Assembly (NCBI RefSeq): GCF_006345805.1
Contig: NC_043005.1
Coordinates: 68,634,001-68,698,000, forward strand
Length of the DNA stretch: 64,000 nucleotides
Source of the DNA: Octopus sinensis
Taxonomy: Eukaryota
Direction of reading: 5' to 3'
Below are positions 40,775 through 52,847 of this stretch, in pieces. Position 1 is the first letter of the stretch. Every line of letters begins with the position of its first letter. Made by a program: the position numbers and the translations under genes. Under the pieces are notes generated by a model that made no database searches, was not told the DNA's origin, and saw nothing but the letters and a program-made list of their open reading frames with translations.

Positions 40775-40980
40775 GGCGGTGACCTGGCAGAATTGTTAGC
40801 ATGCCGGACACAATGCTAAGCGGCATTTTGTCTCTATATGTTCTGAGTTCAAATTCCGCCGAGGTCGACTTTGAATTTCCTCTTTCCGTGGCGATAAAAT
40901 AAATATCCCTCAAGCTCAGGGACTGTAGTCAAATACCACCCTTTCGCGAACTTTCTGGCCTTACAGCCACATTTGAAACA
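40775..40980 (+). mobile_element. tRNA-derived SINE, family B
   Basis: ggcggtgacctggcagaattgttagc...gagttcaaattccgccgaggtcgacttt. Confidence 0.85.
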
Positions 40981-42729
40981 AATATTTTCCAAATGTGACT
41001 TTCCCATTTATTGCTAGGAATCTAGCACATTTAAGCCCGCCGTATGTATTTTTTTTTCTAATTAAATTGGATTATAAAGTGCATTTCGCTTCTCTTTTTA
41101 GTCAATCAGATGACGGTGTATATTTAGCCTTATTGACAATATCCTGCCTTGCGATTACGCTACGTTATTCAAAGAAATTTGGATTAGTAGAAGCCGTATA
41201 GAACGAAACTAAACGTTTTACGAGTTCAAATCCTACCGGAACAGAACATATGAGGGGGTAATACTACAAGTGTATTTTTCTAAAAATGTGTGCTTAATTT
41301 CTCTGGAAATTTATACGCATATCAATTTCATTCTTATCTTCTATGCTAGGGCACACCTTTTTTTCCCCTCCCTCCAACTTTTGTAACGTACTTCTAGCAT
41401 AGAATTGGATCAATGTTATGCGTTTTACGTATAAATTAGGATAAACAGTATAAATTATTAGTTAAAGTACATTTCACGATTGTAGTTATATGGATCTTAG
41501 CATTGAATGTTGCAAGTGCATTTGGATGCCTATCGCAATGGATAGGACACTGGATTCTGTAACAGTGATGAATATTTGAAGTCAGGCACATGGTAGAATA
41601 ATTTGTAAGTATTTATAGATGCAAGTTGACAGAACTCAGGTGGTGCGGATAGAATAGGAAGAAAAAACCCGACCGAAGTAGAAGTAAACAAGATCAAAAG
41701 TAAAAGTTTACTAGTAAATAAATAAAATGCACAAAAAATAAATTATAGTAAGTATACATGTATATATGCTCAAATACGCTCGCGCGCACACATACACAAA
41801 TACACACATACGATGTATTCAAAATTAAATGAAACATATATACAAAAAGGTCAGTTGAAAAATAAGTTGAATAATAATAGTAATCTATGTAGAGCTCCAT
41901 CTCATACAGCAGGAGTCTTATATCTAGTTGTATACACAAGATATTTTTGTAAGTTATATATAAACTACTCATCTATGGCCGCAAATATTTTGTCATTTTT
42001 ATAGCTGTTACAAATTACTATATCATTTTGCTTATATCTGTTACATAATACGATGATGTCTGTACATGTATGTGCTTTTGTAGCATCGTTTTTACAGGAT
42101 ATTTATAATAAGCTCTCATGTTCAAATTGATAGTATATTGATTGTTATCGAAATTGGGAACAAATCACAACGACAACATTTTCCAAAGTGATATATTAGC
42201 AGATAATGTATCAAGAAATATGTTGTCAATGAAATATTAGGAAAGAAGAGACGTCTGTCCTAGTATAAGATACATTTTTGCATTTATCTTCAAATATTGA
42301 TTTTTACCATTAACAGCAGAAAATTTGGGGTAGGCTTATAGCTGATGTTACTGAACCAGAAATTGATTGGTATTTTATATTATCCACACCAATACTTGAC
42401 GAATGCTTTACTCGATCTGCCGAGGAACGATAAAATGCAAAGTTAATCTCAGCGGGATTTAGACGGACAAATTAAAACACTTAAGATAAATGCAAATTCT
42501 GGTTAGCTCTATCTGAAGCTTATCTAATGATTTAGTTGTTATCCAATACCAGTTCTTTTATAATCAATAAATGTTCCACATTTATTTGATTTAATTAAAG
42601 AATCAAATTTTATTTTTTAAGAACTCTTACTGTGTATTGAACAGTTAGGATTTGTTACGAATAAATTATCATATTAATATCTAACAACTGAATGTTCTAA
42701 CTGTTATTCCATTATTTCTATTTTACAAA

Positions 42730-42945
42730 GGCGACGGGCTGGCAGAATCATTAGCACACTGGATGTAATGCTTAGTGGCATTTCGCCCGTCGCTATGTTC
42801 TGGGTTCAAATTCCACCGAGGTCGACTTTGCGTTTCATTCTTTCGGGGTCGATAAAATAAGTACCAGTTGCGTACTAGGGTCAATGTAATCGTCTTAATC
42901 TCTTTCCCCAAAATCTGAGGCTTTGTGATTCCAGTAGAAAGGATT
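42730..42945 (+). mobile_element. SINE family B
   Basis: ggcgacgggctggcagaatc...gttcaaattccaccgaggtcgactttgcgtttcattctttcggggtcgataaaataagtacc...tagaaaggatt. Confidence 0.9.
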
Positions 42946-44951
42946 TTACAATTAATTTTAAAACTAACTGAAATAATAACGTAATCTGGACTCCCAACAC
43001 AACCAACCAACCACAAAATATATATTCTTAATAATTAGATATCTAATATGGCAATAATTTATTTTACTTCAAAATGAACCGTGTTTTTATTTTTCGTATC
43101 ACATTTAAATCTTATGCCTAAATTACAATAATAATAATATGGTACATTCGCAAAGAGGCACATGTGTCCGAATAATTGAACTTCCTATATCGACGAATAT
43201 AAAAGAGTTTTAAAAGATTCTAAATTTTGAATTTATTTTTCAGTTCGAATAAATTTGGTGTCAATTTCTTTGAAATAAAAATCTATAATCGTATTTACAA
43301 ATGGGTTATATCGATACAGAAATGTGTTTTTCATGAATGTACTAATCCTGCAGGGAATCGATTAACCTATCTTTCACATATTTTAAAGTTATAAGTCACA
43401 AGTCTTAGATATCCAATAAAAGTAAATATTTAAACCAACGTAAATGACTGGTTGTATAGATTATGCTAATTAATGGTTAATTTTGAAATTTTCTTACCTG
43501 TTAATGGAGATGAATCATAGAAGGATAAGATTTTATGACAGGTTAGCACCGTATGCTACAGTAATATTCTCACATTCACAATCTATATCATAAAAACTGT
43601 ACATATCATCAACTTTTTCAAACAACAGCACATTGAGTCAACTAATGAAGAAACATTATTATTTATTATTATTATTATTATCTAGCAGCCGTTACATCCT
43701 TCAAGAACAACACACACTATTGATGGCTGCATTTATTGTACACGAATTGATCATAACATTTTCATTCACAAAACGTTTGGCAGTGTTTGTGATATGTCGA
43801 ATACTCTTACGCAGCTAAATCATTTCTGCTATTAGCTTCTTGCTGGGCCTAAACTTTTATCCCCTTGTGATAACGCAGGGGAGGTTTTCTACTAGTCAAA
43901 TAGTAATTACTGAATATGGCATCTTTTTTACTGCAAATCTAAATTTCTATCTTCTGTAGAAACGGTTACATTGCTTTAGCAATTTGTTTTAAAATTCCCT
44001 ACTACTTGTCTCTAAAAACTTGGATTATAACTAATCATTCAGGAGAGACGTACCACCTGTCCCTGCAGCTAAAATTTCAAGTTTTAAGCTTTCATTACTT
44101 TATAACATGAGCAAACGAACTTACTTGGCTTTTGACTACTGATTAGAAAGTTAGAAAAGCAATAAGACTGCCAATGCTGAATTGAATGTATAACTTGTAA
44201 CATAACTAGGTTCAGGTAAAGAGCTTCACAGATTCATGCTGTGTACTAGCGCTTATTTTGGACTCAGATTTCGTTTATAGCTTACGAACCGACTGCACCT
44301 GTGCAACACTCTTAAACATAGATGGATTAGACGCACTATTGTGTACAAGCAATTAGTTGCCCTTCTAAAGTATGTTTATTATCGCAAAAATGCTTCTGCA
44401 CAAATATATTATTCAGGTGTGAAAACACAAAATTGGATGTAGACGTTTCTGCAATTGAAAATCAGATGAAGAAATAAATATCTGTATAGTAATCCCATAC
44501 GGAAAATCAATTTAAACAATCAGATTTGTAGGAATTTCACGATAAACATGGCTTTTCTCGACAGAAGAATCAATGTAAGACATAATAAAAACATGATATT
44601 TACTGCATCTAATATTTCTAGACTTAAATTTTCTAATATTTTGCTGTTCGTTGTCTTGATGATTTGAGGTCATCCTTTTTCTAATTTATGAGTATAATAG
44701 TATATAACCATTGTTTATATATATATATATTAATGGCTTTTATCCCTAAAATTGCTTTTAACTATTTTTAACCTACCCTGATGTTAAAGGTGTGATTAAT
44801 ATAATCATCATATTATCTTTTATATACATACATACATAGATGCATGCATACATACATACATACACACACACATACATACATACATACATACATACATACA
44901 TACATACATACATACATACATACATACATACGTACATATATATGAAATAGT

Positions 44952-45405
44952 GGAGACGCAATGGCCCAGTGGTTAGGGCAGCAGACTCGCGGTCGTAGGA
45001 TCGCGGTTTCGATTCCCAGACCGGGCATTATGATTGTTTATTAAGCGAAAACACCTAAAGCTCCACGAGGCTTCGACAGGGGGTTGTGGTGAACCCTACT
45101 GTACTCTTTCACCACAACTTTCTCTCACTATTTCTTCTGTTTCTGTTGTACCTGTATTTCAAAGGGCCATCCTAGTCACACCAAGAACTACGTTAAGGGT
45201 ACACGTGTCTATGGAGAGCTCAGCCACTTGCAAGTTAATAAATGAGTTGCGACGTCACTGGTGCCAAGCTGTATCGGCCTTTGCCTTTCCCTTGCGTAAC
45301 ATCGGTAGCGTGGAGAGGGGAGGCGAACAACCTAGCCCGGACTTTACCTCGGAGGGTAACTTTCTAGGTGCAATCCCATGGTAATTCATCACCGAAGGGG
45401 TATCA
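44952..45405 (+). mobile_element. SINE with family C head, a core shared with family D, and a distinct tail
   Basis: Head matches 18895-type; gaactacgttaagggtacacgtgtct..gctcagcca.ttgca.gttaat is shared with 22620-22944. Confidence 0.88.
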
Positions 45406-48000
45406 CAACACAAAATAGGAAATAATCGTAAATATAGTCCTTTGAAAAAAACAATAGACTATATTAAAATTGGACCACCATCCCGAACAGTGCATCTGAA
45501 TATTATAATTTCCTTGAATACAACGGCCACACCGTCACCTGAACCTATATGTCCACGTTAAGTAAGTCTGTAGTTGAACTGAATGATGTCACCTATAATT
45601 CGATAAGAAATACTTATTTTTACCAGTTACATATAAGTGGTATCCAGGCAAATATTACTACAATGTTGAATTCGTTTCACTAACTTTGTATGGCATATGT
45701 AGTTTATTGCGTCGAAGGTAATATATTACTTACATTATTGAATCTCAAAATAGACATTCGAAGGTTAGAAGGCATTTTGTCTATCGCGTGAATATATCTA
45801 ATTATTCTCAAGTCCTCTCTTCGCTTATTAATATATGTTCATGTAACCCGGTAAGTTTAATAGATCGTGTGTTTACTTAGTGAGAGAAGTAAAATAAATA
45901 CCTTAGGGACTCCAATATACATACACACGCCCACACATTGTTCAGTGATTGCGTTCAGAGAGGGATGTTAACACATATTTTCGTAATATTTTATTTCAAA
46001 TCATATTCTAACAAGATTCTATAAATATATAGAAAAAGAGGAATGTTACTGAAAGGGTAAATTTAAACTGTAAGCTTATTCTGAAACATATTTGCATTAA
46101 ATTTATTCAGCATCGCTTCTGTATATATTTCTATAATCATTAGAGTTTTTGCTTGTAATTTTTAGTATAGAAAAATAAATTTGCAAGACAGACGTTTAAA
46201 CATATTAGTTATTCAGCTGTGATTCTCTTTTATGCATAGAAGTGTCCATCAGAGAAATTTCTGAATAAACTGTAGCTTTAAGTTGTGTTTCTCACTTCTG
46301 TCACTAGATTAGTATTCATAATAAAGATTTAATGATTTCTAAACAATAAAGTTTTATATCGTTTATGGATTTCATCTTCAGCCATCTCCGAAATGCATTT
46401 CCATTACTAATTTAACTATCAGTGATACTAAATTAATTTGCTGAAAGGGAAATACCTAATCATAGGAAATAACAAAATTCAGAGTGGTGTATATTTCAAA
46501 ACTAAATTCTGTTCAATGTACTGCATAATATATGGATGATTATCAGACTTTTGTTTGCCTTGAGATAAGAGACAGAATATTAATATATATAGGTGCATAA
46601 TTGTAATTAGATGCTAATTTTCATAATTAACCATTTCCACACGGAAATAATTAGCATGTAAAACTGATATTTACTAAAGCAATTTCAGGCAATTATGGCA
46701 AATAACTATAGGAGGAAAGGGAAGGAAAAGGAAGACGGGGAAGAGAAAGGAAGAGAAGAGAAAGAATGTGGTGTAGAATGGATAACATTAACAACAACCT
46801 CAAAAACAATCAAAATATGATCAAGTAAAAAATGAAAATGTTGGGAAGAGAGGGAAAAAGGAAACTAAAAGAGGGAATATTGAACTAACTAATGAGGAAA
46901 TTATGTGTTGAATACATATAAATATAATTAAAACTGCGATGGAAAGAAATAGTATTAATTGTTGCGGGGAGATATAACTGATAATTGAATTGAATTAAAT
47001 AAATATGGCATAATTTCAAAAATGTTTTTAAATGAAATAATGATGAATGAATGAGGTTTCTTGACTATATAACTACACCACTCTTCAATTGTATCTTCGT
47101 TGTACACATGGTTTCAAAATACAAATTTGCACATGATACACGTTATAGACTTTAGACTGGAGAATCTGGGGATTTCATCATTACCGTGCAAATAATAAAA
47201 TATATTGTCAAGTGTAAATGTTCTTCATATCTAGTAATAGTAACTTGTGGATGAGTCACAAACGTTTCCTGATTGTGAGAGCTATTATGAAATACGTTTC
47301 CGATATGATCATGTCATTTTGAATGTAGATATATCACGTATTATATTATCCAACGTGTTCTTGCTGCTTTAAGATGAAGAAATTAATCTTTTATTTCTAA
47401 CAATGAAGCAACAGTCTAGAAGTTCCCTCTTTGGCGCTTCTACATCAGAAATATTGTTTACACTCTGAAATTAAAGATAATCCGTTTCCAAGAGTCAATT
47501 TCGCACTAGAGACTTGCTTTCGATATGAAATAATTTCTTACTTATTTCCTTGGTGTTCTCATGCAATTAACAGCTTCCTGTATCTACACAATATGTTAGA
47601 CATAAAATAATATATATCAAAGAAAGACTTGAACCAACCGGTGGAATTATGTTCAGTGAAATCCACACTTTGTAGTGCAGTAAACAAATGTGGCAGAAAA
47701 CATCTTGTATGATCATTCAGAGAATTCATTCTTAGATAAAGATATTGATCTGGGACATCGGCTAAGACATATAAAAGCTTCTTAATGTTGTAGTAACATC
47801 GCGCCTCAGACGAATATTGAAAATAACATATACAGAAAGTGTAGCAAACCTTGGAGTCATTAGACAAGGCGAAATCATACAATATATCTCCAGGTTACAT
47901 AGGACATCTGATAGGAAAATAGAGCATTGTACATGTAGTCTCATCTGAAACAATTAGATAGAGAGAAATCATACACGATAACCTTATCAGCTACTTGCAG

Positions 48001-48082
48001 AAAAGACGACGCAGTAACTGTTGAACGGGAGGTGAGGAAGTACATGATCGACGATCTTCGTTGGCATGGTTCAGAATGTATT
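48001..48082 (+). other. Candidate coding exon (82 nt)
   Basis: tacttgcag| acceptor and att|GTATGT donor (alternative gag|GTGAGG at 48032); KDDAVTVEREVRKYMIDDLRWHGSECI. Confidence 0.45.
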
Positions 48083-49404
48083 GTATGTTTTTTGTTATAG
48101 TAGAACTTATGTGAACAGAAATTACATAACGAGTAACGACATCGTATCTACAATCTCATCATATATTGATAGGACACATATGAATCGTGGAAAGAGAAAA
48201 ATATTATTTCGATTTTTGCCAATATCAGACATTCCCTACCTAAGTAGTAATACAAGGATGTAATAGAACATAAACGAAAATACTTGCATAACAGTTTCTA
48301 AAGCAAGCACACTATAGTTAAGAACAGAGAAACAACAGTTCTTTAGAACGTAAAATATTGTTTCCATATATATATTGAACCAAATATTCTGTAAGGGCAG
48401 AGCATATGTGTAATGTAAACATAAATTCTTAATCCAAAATCAAACAGAGCAACAGATGATACGATGGAAAGAAAGGGATAAAGGAAAACGAAAAAGAAAA
48501 CGAAAGAGTGAAAGAGTGTGAAAGAGAGTGACCAATGAATAAAGTTTGAAATATTTTCTCTCAAACTACTTTCTAGTAAACCATTTAAAGGCGAAGGAAT
48601 GAAGCAGAATCAGAAAGAAAAGCATTAAATGGAAGAAGGAGGCGTTAATGTAGAAAAGACCGAGAAGTTGAAAATGTAGTGTGCGTTCTTCTAATTCGTC
48701 TTGCTGGACTGGGGTCATGTGAGGATATCTACAATAAATACACTTCTAGAATAAATGTTACCTTCTTAAGTTGAAAATGCTTACTTAAAAATAGTTAATT
48801 CCTTCCATGCATCCAAGAGTGACAAGTGCCTGATCCCAAGGATTAAATAAATATTGTCTTTATCTGTGTCGTGTTTATGGATGTGATATGATGTGAATAT
48901 TAGAAATGAGACAGTGATAACAATAGAAAGATTCTAGTATGTGAGGATAAAATGCTTTTATAAGTATTAAAGCAATAGAGAACTCTAATCCTCCGTAATT
49001 GCTTCAGCGATACAATCTATTTCTGGCCGCCCACGTAGGAAGGCATGTCAATTAGGAGTTTCCCAGAATAGGTAAATTGTATTTTCGACAAATACAGATT
49101 AATGTAATGGAATATTATTGCACGAAAACATTCACGCAAACACACACACACACAACACACACACACACACACACATACACATATACACACACACTCACTC
49201 ACACATACACACACATGTATATATATATATATATATATATCCCTCTCCCGCTTTCTCTCTTTATGTATATATATATATATTAGAGGAAAAAGGGCAACAA
49301 AAACCTAACTAGAAGTATATCAAATTATTTATGATATCAAATTATAGTAAGGTGAATTTGAGGTAATTAATTAGCTAATTAATTAATTATTAGATGTCTT
49401 ACAG

Positions 49405-49474
49405 ATGTTTCTGGTATATCCTAAGTGATAAGTTAGCATTTCAATATCCTGGGTATTCTGTCATCAGAGACAAG
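49405..49474 (+). other. Candidate coding exon (70 nt)
   Basis: tcttacag| acceptor and consensus AAG|GTGAGT donor; the single open frame reads CFWYILSDKLAFQYPGYSVIRDK. Confidence 0.5.
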
Positions 49475-49791
49475 GTGAGTATGTATGAAAGTTTTAGACA
49501 GGGAATTCACAGTTTATGAAGGAATACAATACTAGATGGAAGAATAGAAGAATACAGACAGGAGGACAAAGTCAACAGCTCCTCTTCTTCAAGAGGGTAT
49601 AAGTCCATAAGTATAATCGCAGGTAAATCCAGGCAGTATTTTGCAGGTTGCGTTCATGGTGAAGGAGTGTACATGTATGTATGTATGTATGTATGTATGT
49701 ATGTATGTATGTATGCATGTATGTATGTATGTATGTATGTATGTATGTATGTATATATATATATATATATATATACATACATACATACATA

Positions 49792-49893
<102 letters not shown>

Positions 49894-49949
49894 TAATAAT
49901 AGAGTAAATCATTTCTATAATGGTTTTTAAAAAAAAGACCACAATTATT

Positions 49950-50007
49950 TACTGGTAGAATTCGGTATGTATTTACTGGTATATTTACATACCGAATTCT
50001 ACCAGTA
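49950..50007. repeat. Perfect 22-bp hairpin with a 14-nt loop
   Basis: tactggtagaattcggtatgta-tttactggtatatt-tacataccgaattctaccagta. Confidence 0.92.
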
Positions 50008-50052
50008 TATATACATACATATATATATATATATTATATATATATATATATA

Positions 50053-50183
<131 letters not shown>

Positions 50184-51752
50184 AACGTGGCAGAGTTAAA
50201 GTCTAGTCTTCCATCAGCAATAATACATCTCCTCTAAACGTAATTCGATTTACAGAATAGAGTTCTTTCTACCACTAGTAACTCCCTATTTTAAATATGG
50301 GCTTAATAGTTTATGCAAAAAGAAGTCCAAAAGATATTTTATTCTGAGGTTTGAATTTTGAATACCACATTTCCCCATCTAAATATTTACTAATATACAT
50401 CACAAGCGAAGTTTAAACACTATTCTCTCTCACAAATATAAGTAAATCACTGAAACTTAACACTTACTCCTTTGTCTATGCATGAATAAGTTTAGTTGAA
50501 GATATTTCTTGAAGAGGTCAATTTACTATCCTGGAAAAATGGGTATGGCAATTTCCATTTGGTAAACATGTATTCATAAATGTAAGTGCATTTCCCTTGT
50601 TAATTGACATGCTACAAATAACAACCAAATATCAAGGAGACTGAAAAATATATCATGATGATAAAAACAGAGCCTTGACTATATAAAGTGCATCTAAATA
50701 AGGTCTTATGTGTATAAAATATGTATATTTATTTATAAGAATAGGCTAAAAGAATAAGCAATTTTTGCCATATCTATGATACGAAAAGATTTTTAATATG
50801 CATAAACTATCAATTAATTATAGTTTAAAATATATTTCAAATTTCATAATAATATAATAAGAACTTTTAGTCTATTATATTTAGTTTATTGACTTTAGTA
50901 TTTGTTGAATAATTTTATTTTTTATGAACCGATTTGCTATTTGTGAATAGAATTTAAGAAACCGTGTCAGCATCACTTATGAACAGAAGTTGCGATGCAA
51001 GATGTTTACTCAGATTTCATATATTTTGCTCCTATCTAATGCAATTGCACTTCGTTGAAGCACATTATTATATTCAACAATGTAGGAATATTGAAATAAA
51101 AGAATAAGAAAAGCAACTTTTATCATATGTATGATACAAAAAGGAAAAGTGTTCATCATGCATAATATTTATTAATGAGGCTTAAATATTGCAAATTTTA
51201 GAATAATGCTATAAGTAAATAATATTCAGCTTATTAAATTAAACGCTGGTAGAAAATGCAGATTTTTAAAAACACAAATTTACTCTTTATTATATAAAAG
51301 CAATGCAATACTGTATAAGCACCAAGTACAAACTGAATATATAAGGCAATATATGAACTTAAAGTTCATAATTTTCCTATTTATTTTCATTGGAATTGCA
51401 AGTTGTTCAAGCGTGCTTTAGTTAACGAATAACCAAATGTGAATGATCGCTAAATATTTTGCAGGCAAGGAGCATAAATTTGGCACGAAGCAGGGAAGCA
51501 GAAAAGCATAATCAAAGACAAGCGAATACAATTTGATAGAGAGAAACAAGAAAAACTTTCTTAAGAATAGGGAGAGTGACTTTTGGTTCAGAATGTTAAA
51601 GCTGGCATCAACATTTAGGACAGCTACAAAAACGTCTGTACACACAGAATACCATCTGCAACGTTCTCAAGAACAACTTGAACATATATATTTGTAACAG
51701 GATCCTGAGTAGGATCCTGAAGCACAGCAGCGTATTTCCCAGGATAAAGATA

Positions 51753-51843
51753 AATAACTAGTAACCAAAGAGAATAACTAGTAACTAGTGACCAAAGATA
51801 ATAACTAGTAACTAGTAGCCAAAAATAATAACTAGTAACTTAG
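51753..51843. repeat. ~27-bp minisatellite (3-4 units) built on ACTAGT palindromes
   Basis: aataactagtaactagtgaccaaagat-type units in tandem. Confidence 0.8.
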
Positions 51844-52481
51844 AATAGTAGTAATCGTCAAATCAAAGGAGGATTATAAACATAGCAAGAGGCCGAGACG
51901 TGGACTCACTTATAGACGGAGATGTCAATGTAATCCATGAAAGGCGTGGTCTATGGGCGAAAAATGTTGTACTTGCAAAAATATAAATTTTCATGAGAGA
52001 AAACACTATATATATATATATTCCTATACTGATTTTAGTATCTGTAAAATATTTCAGACGAAACATTCACAAATTTACAAGTGATAATGCCATGCGCATC
52101 AGTTTCACAAGTTCGTGAAAATTGATGGGGAAATTAATGGCTAGAGAAAAATAATGGGAAAATTAATGACCAGAGAAAAAGGCTCAACACTGACAATATT
52201 ACTAAAATTGTCACTTTTCTTTTTTTAAGAGAAAGCAATGAACAACATTATCACTAACGAATTTCCAAATGCAATTATTGCACGCACAGTTAGTTTTTAT
52301 ACTTCGGTACAAAAGCACACCATACAAAAGTTTCCTCGAAAATAGAATGCTTATTCGCTTTGCATGTTAAATGGACATGCACTTTTAATTACCACCATTG
52401 AGTTCTGTTCATAAACGTTAATCGATACACACGAGTATCGATGGTGCTTTGTTTTGATGTTCTTTTTTGTTGTTGTTGTTG

Positions 52482-52516
<35 letters not shown>

Positions 52517-52548
52517 TTCATCATATCATCATCATCATCATCACAGAC

Positions 52549-52762
52549 GGCGGCGAGCTGGGAGAATCGTTAGCGGGCCGGGCGAAATGCTTAGCATGAT
52601 TTCCTCTGTCTTCAAGTTCTGGTTTTAAGTGCCACTGAGTTCGACTTGGCCTTTCATCCTTTTGGGTTCCACAAATCAAGTACTAGTTACGCACTGGGGT
52701 GATGTAAGTGACTGGTCCACTCTCCCGAAATTTCAGGCCTTCTGCATATAGTAGAAAGGATT
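52549..52762 (+). mobile_element. SINE family B ending in an (ATT)n tail
   Basis: ggcggcgagctgggagaatcgttagc...ggcctttcatcc...tagtagaaaggattattattatt. Confidence 0.88.
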
Positions 52763-52787
52763 ATTATTATTGTTATTATTATTATTA

Positions 52788-52846
<59 letters not shown>

Positions 52847-52847
<1 letters not shown>

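Noticed and set aside
47559-47953. Minus-strand ORF with GPCR-like spacing (VCYTF; FFDIYYFMSNIL)
   Set aside because: Motif spacing is off, there is no diagnostic residue set, and it abuts a better plus-strand exon candidate.
51753-51843. Short direct repeats as a CRISPR-like array (also 25799-25883)
   Set aside because: No unique spacers, eukaryotic context and no cas genes; these are simple minisatellites.
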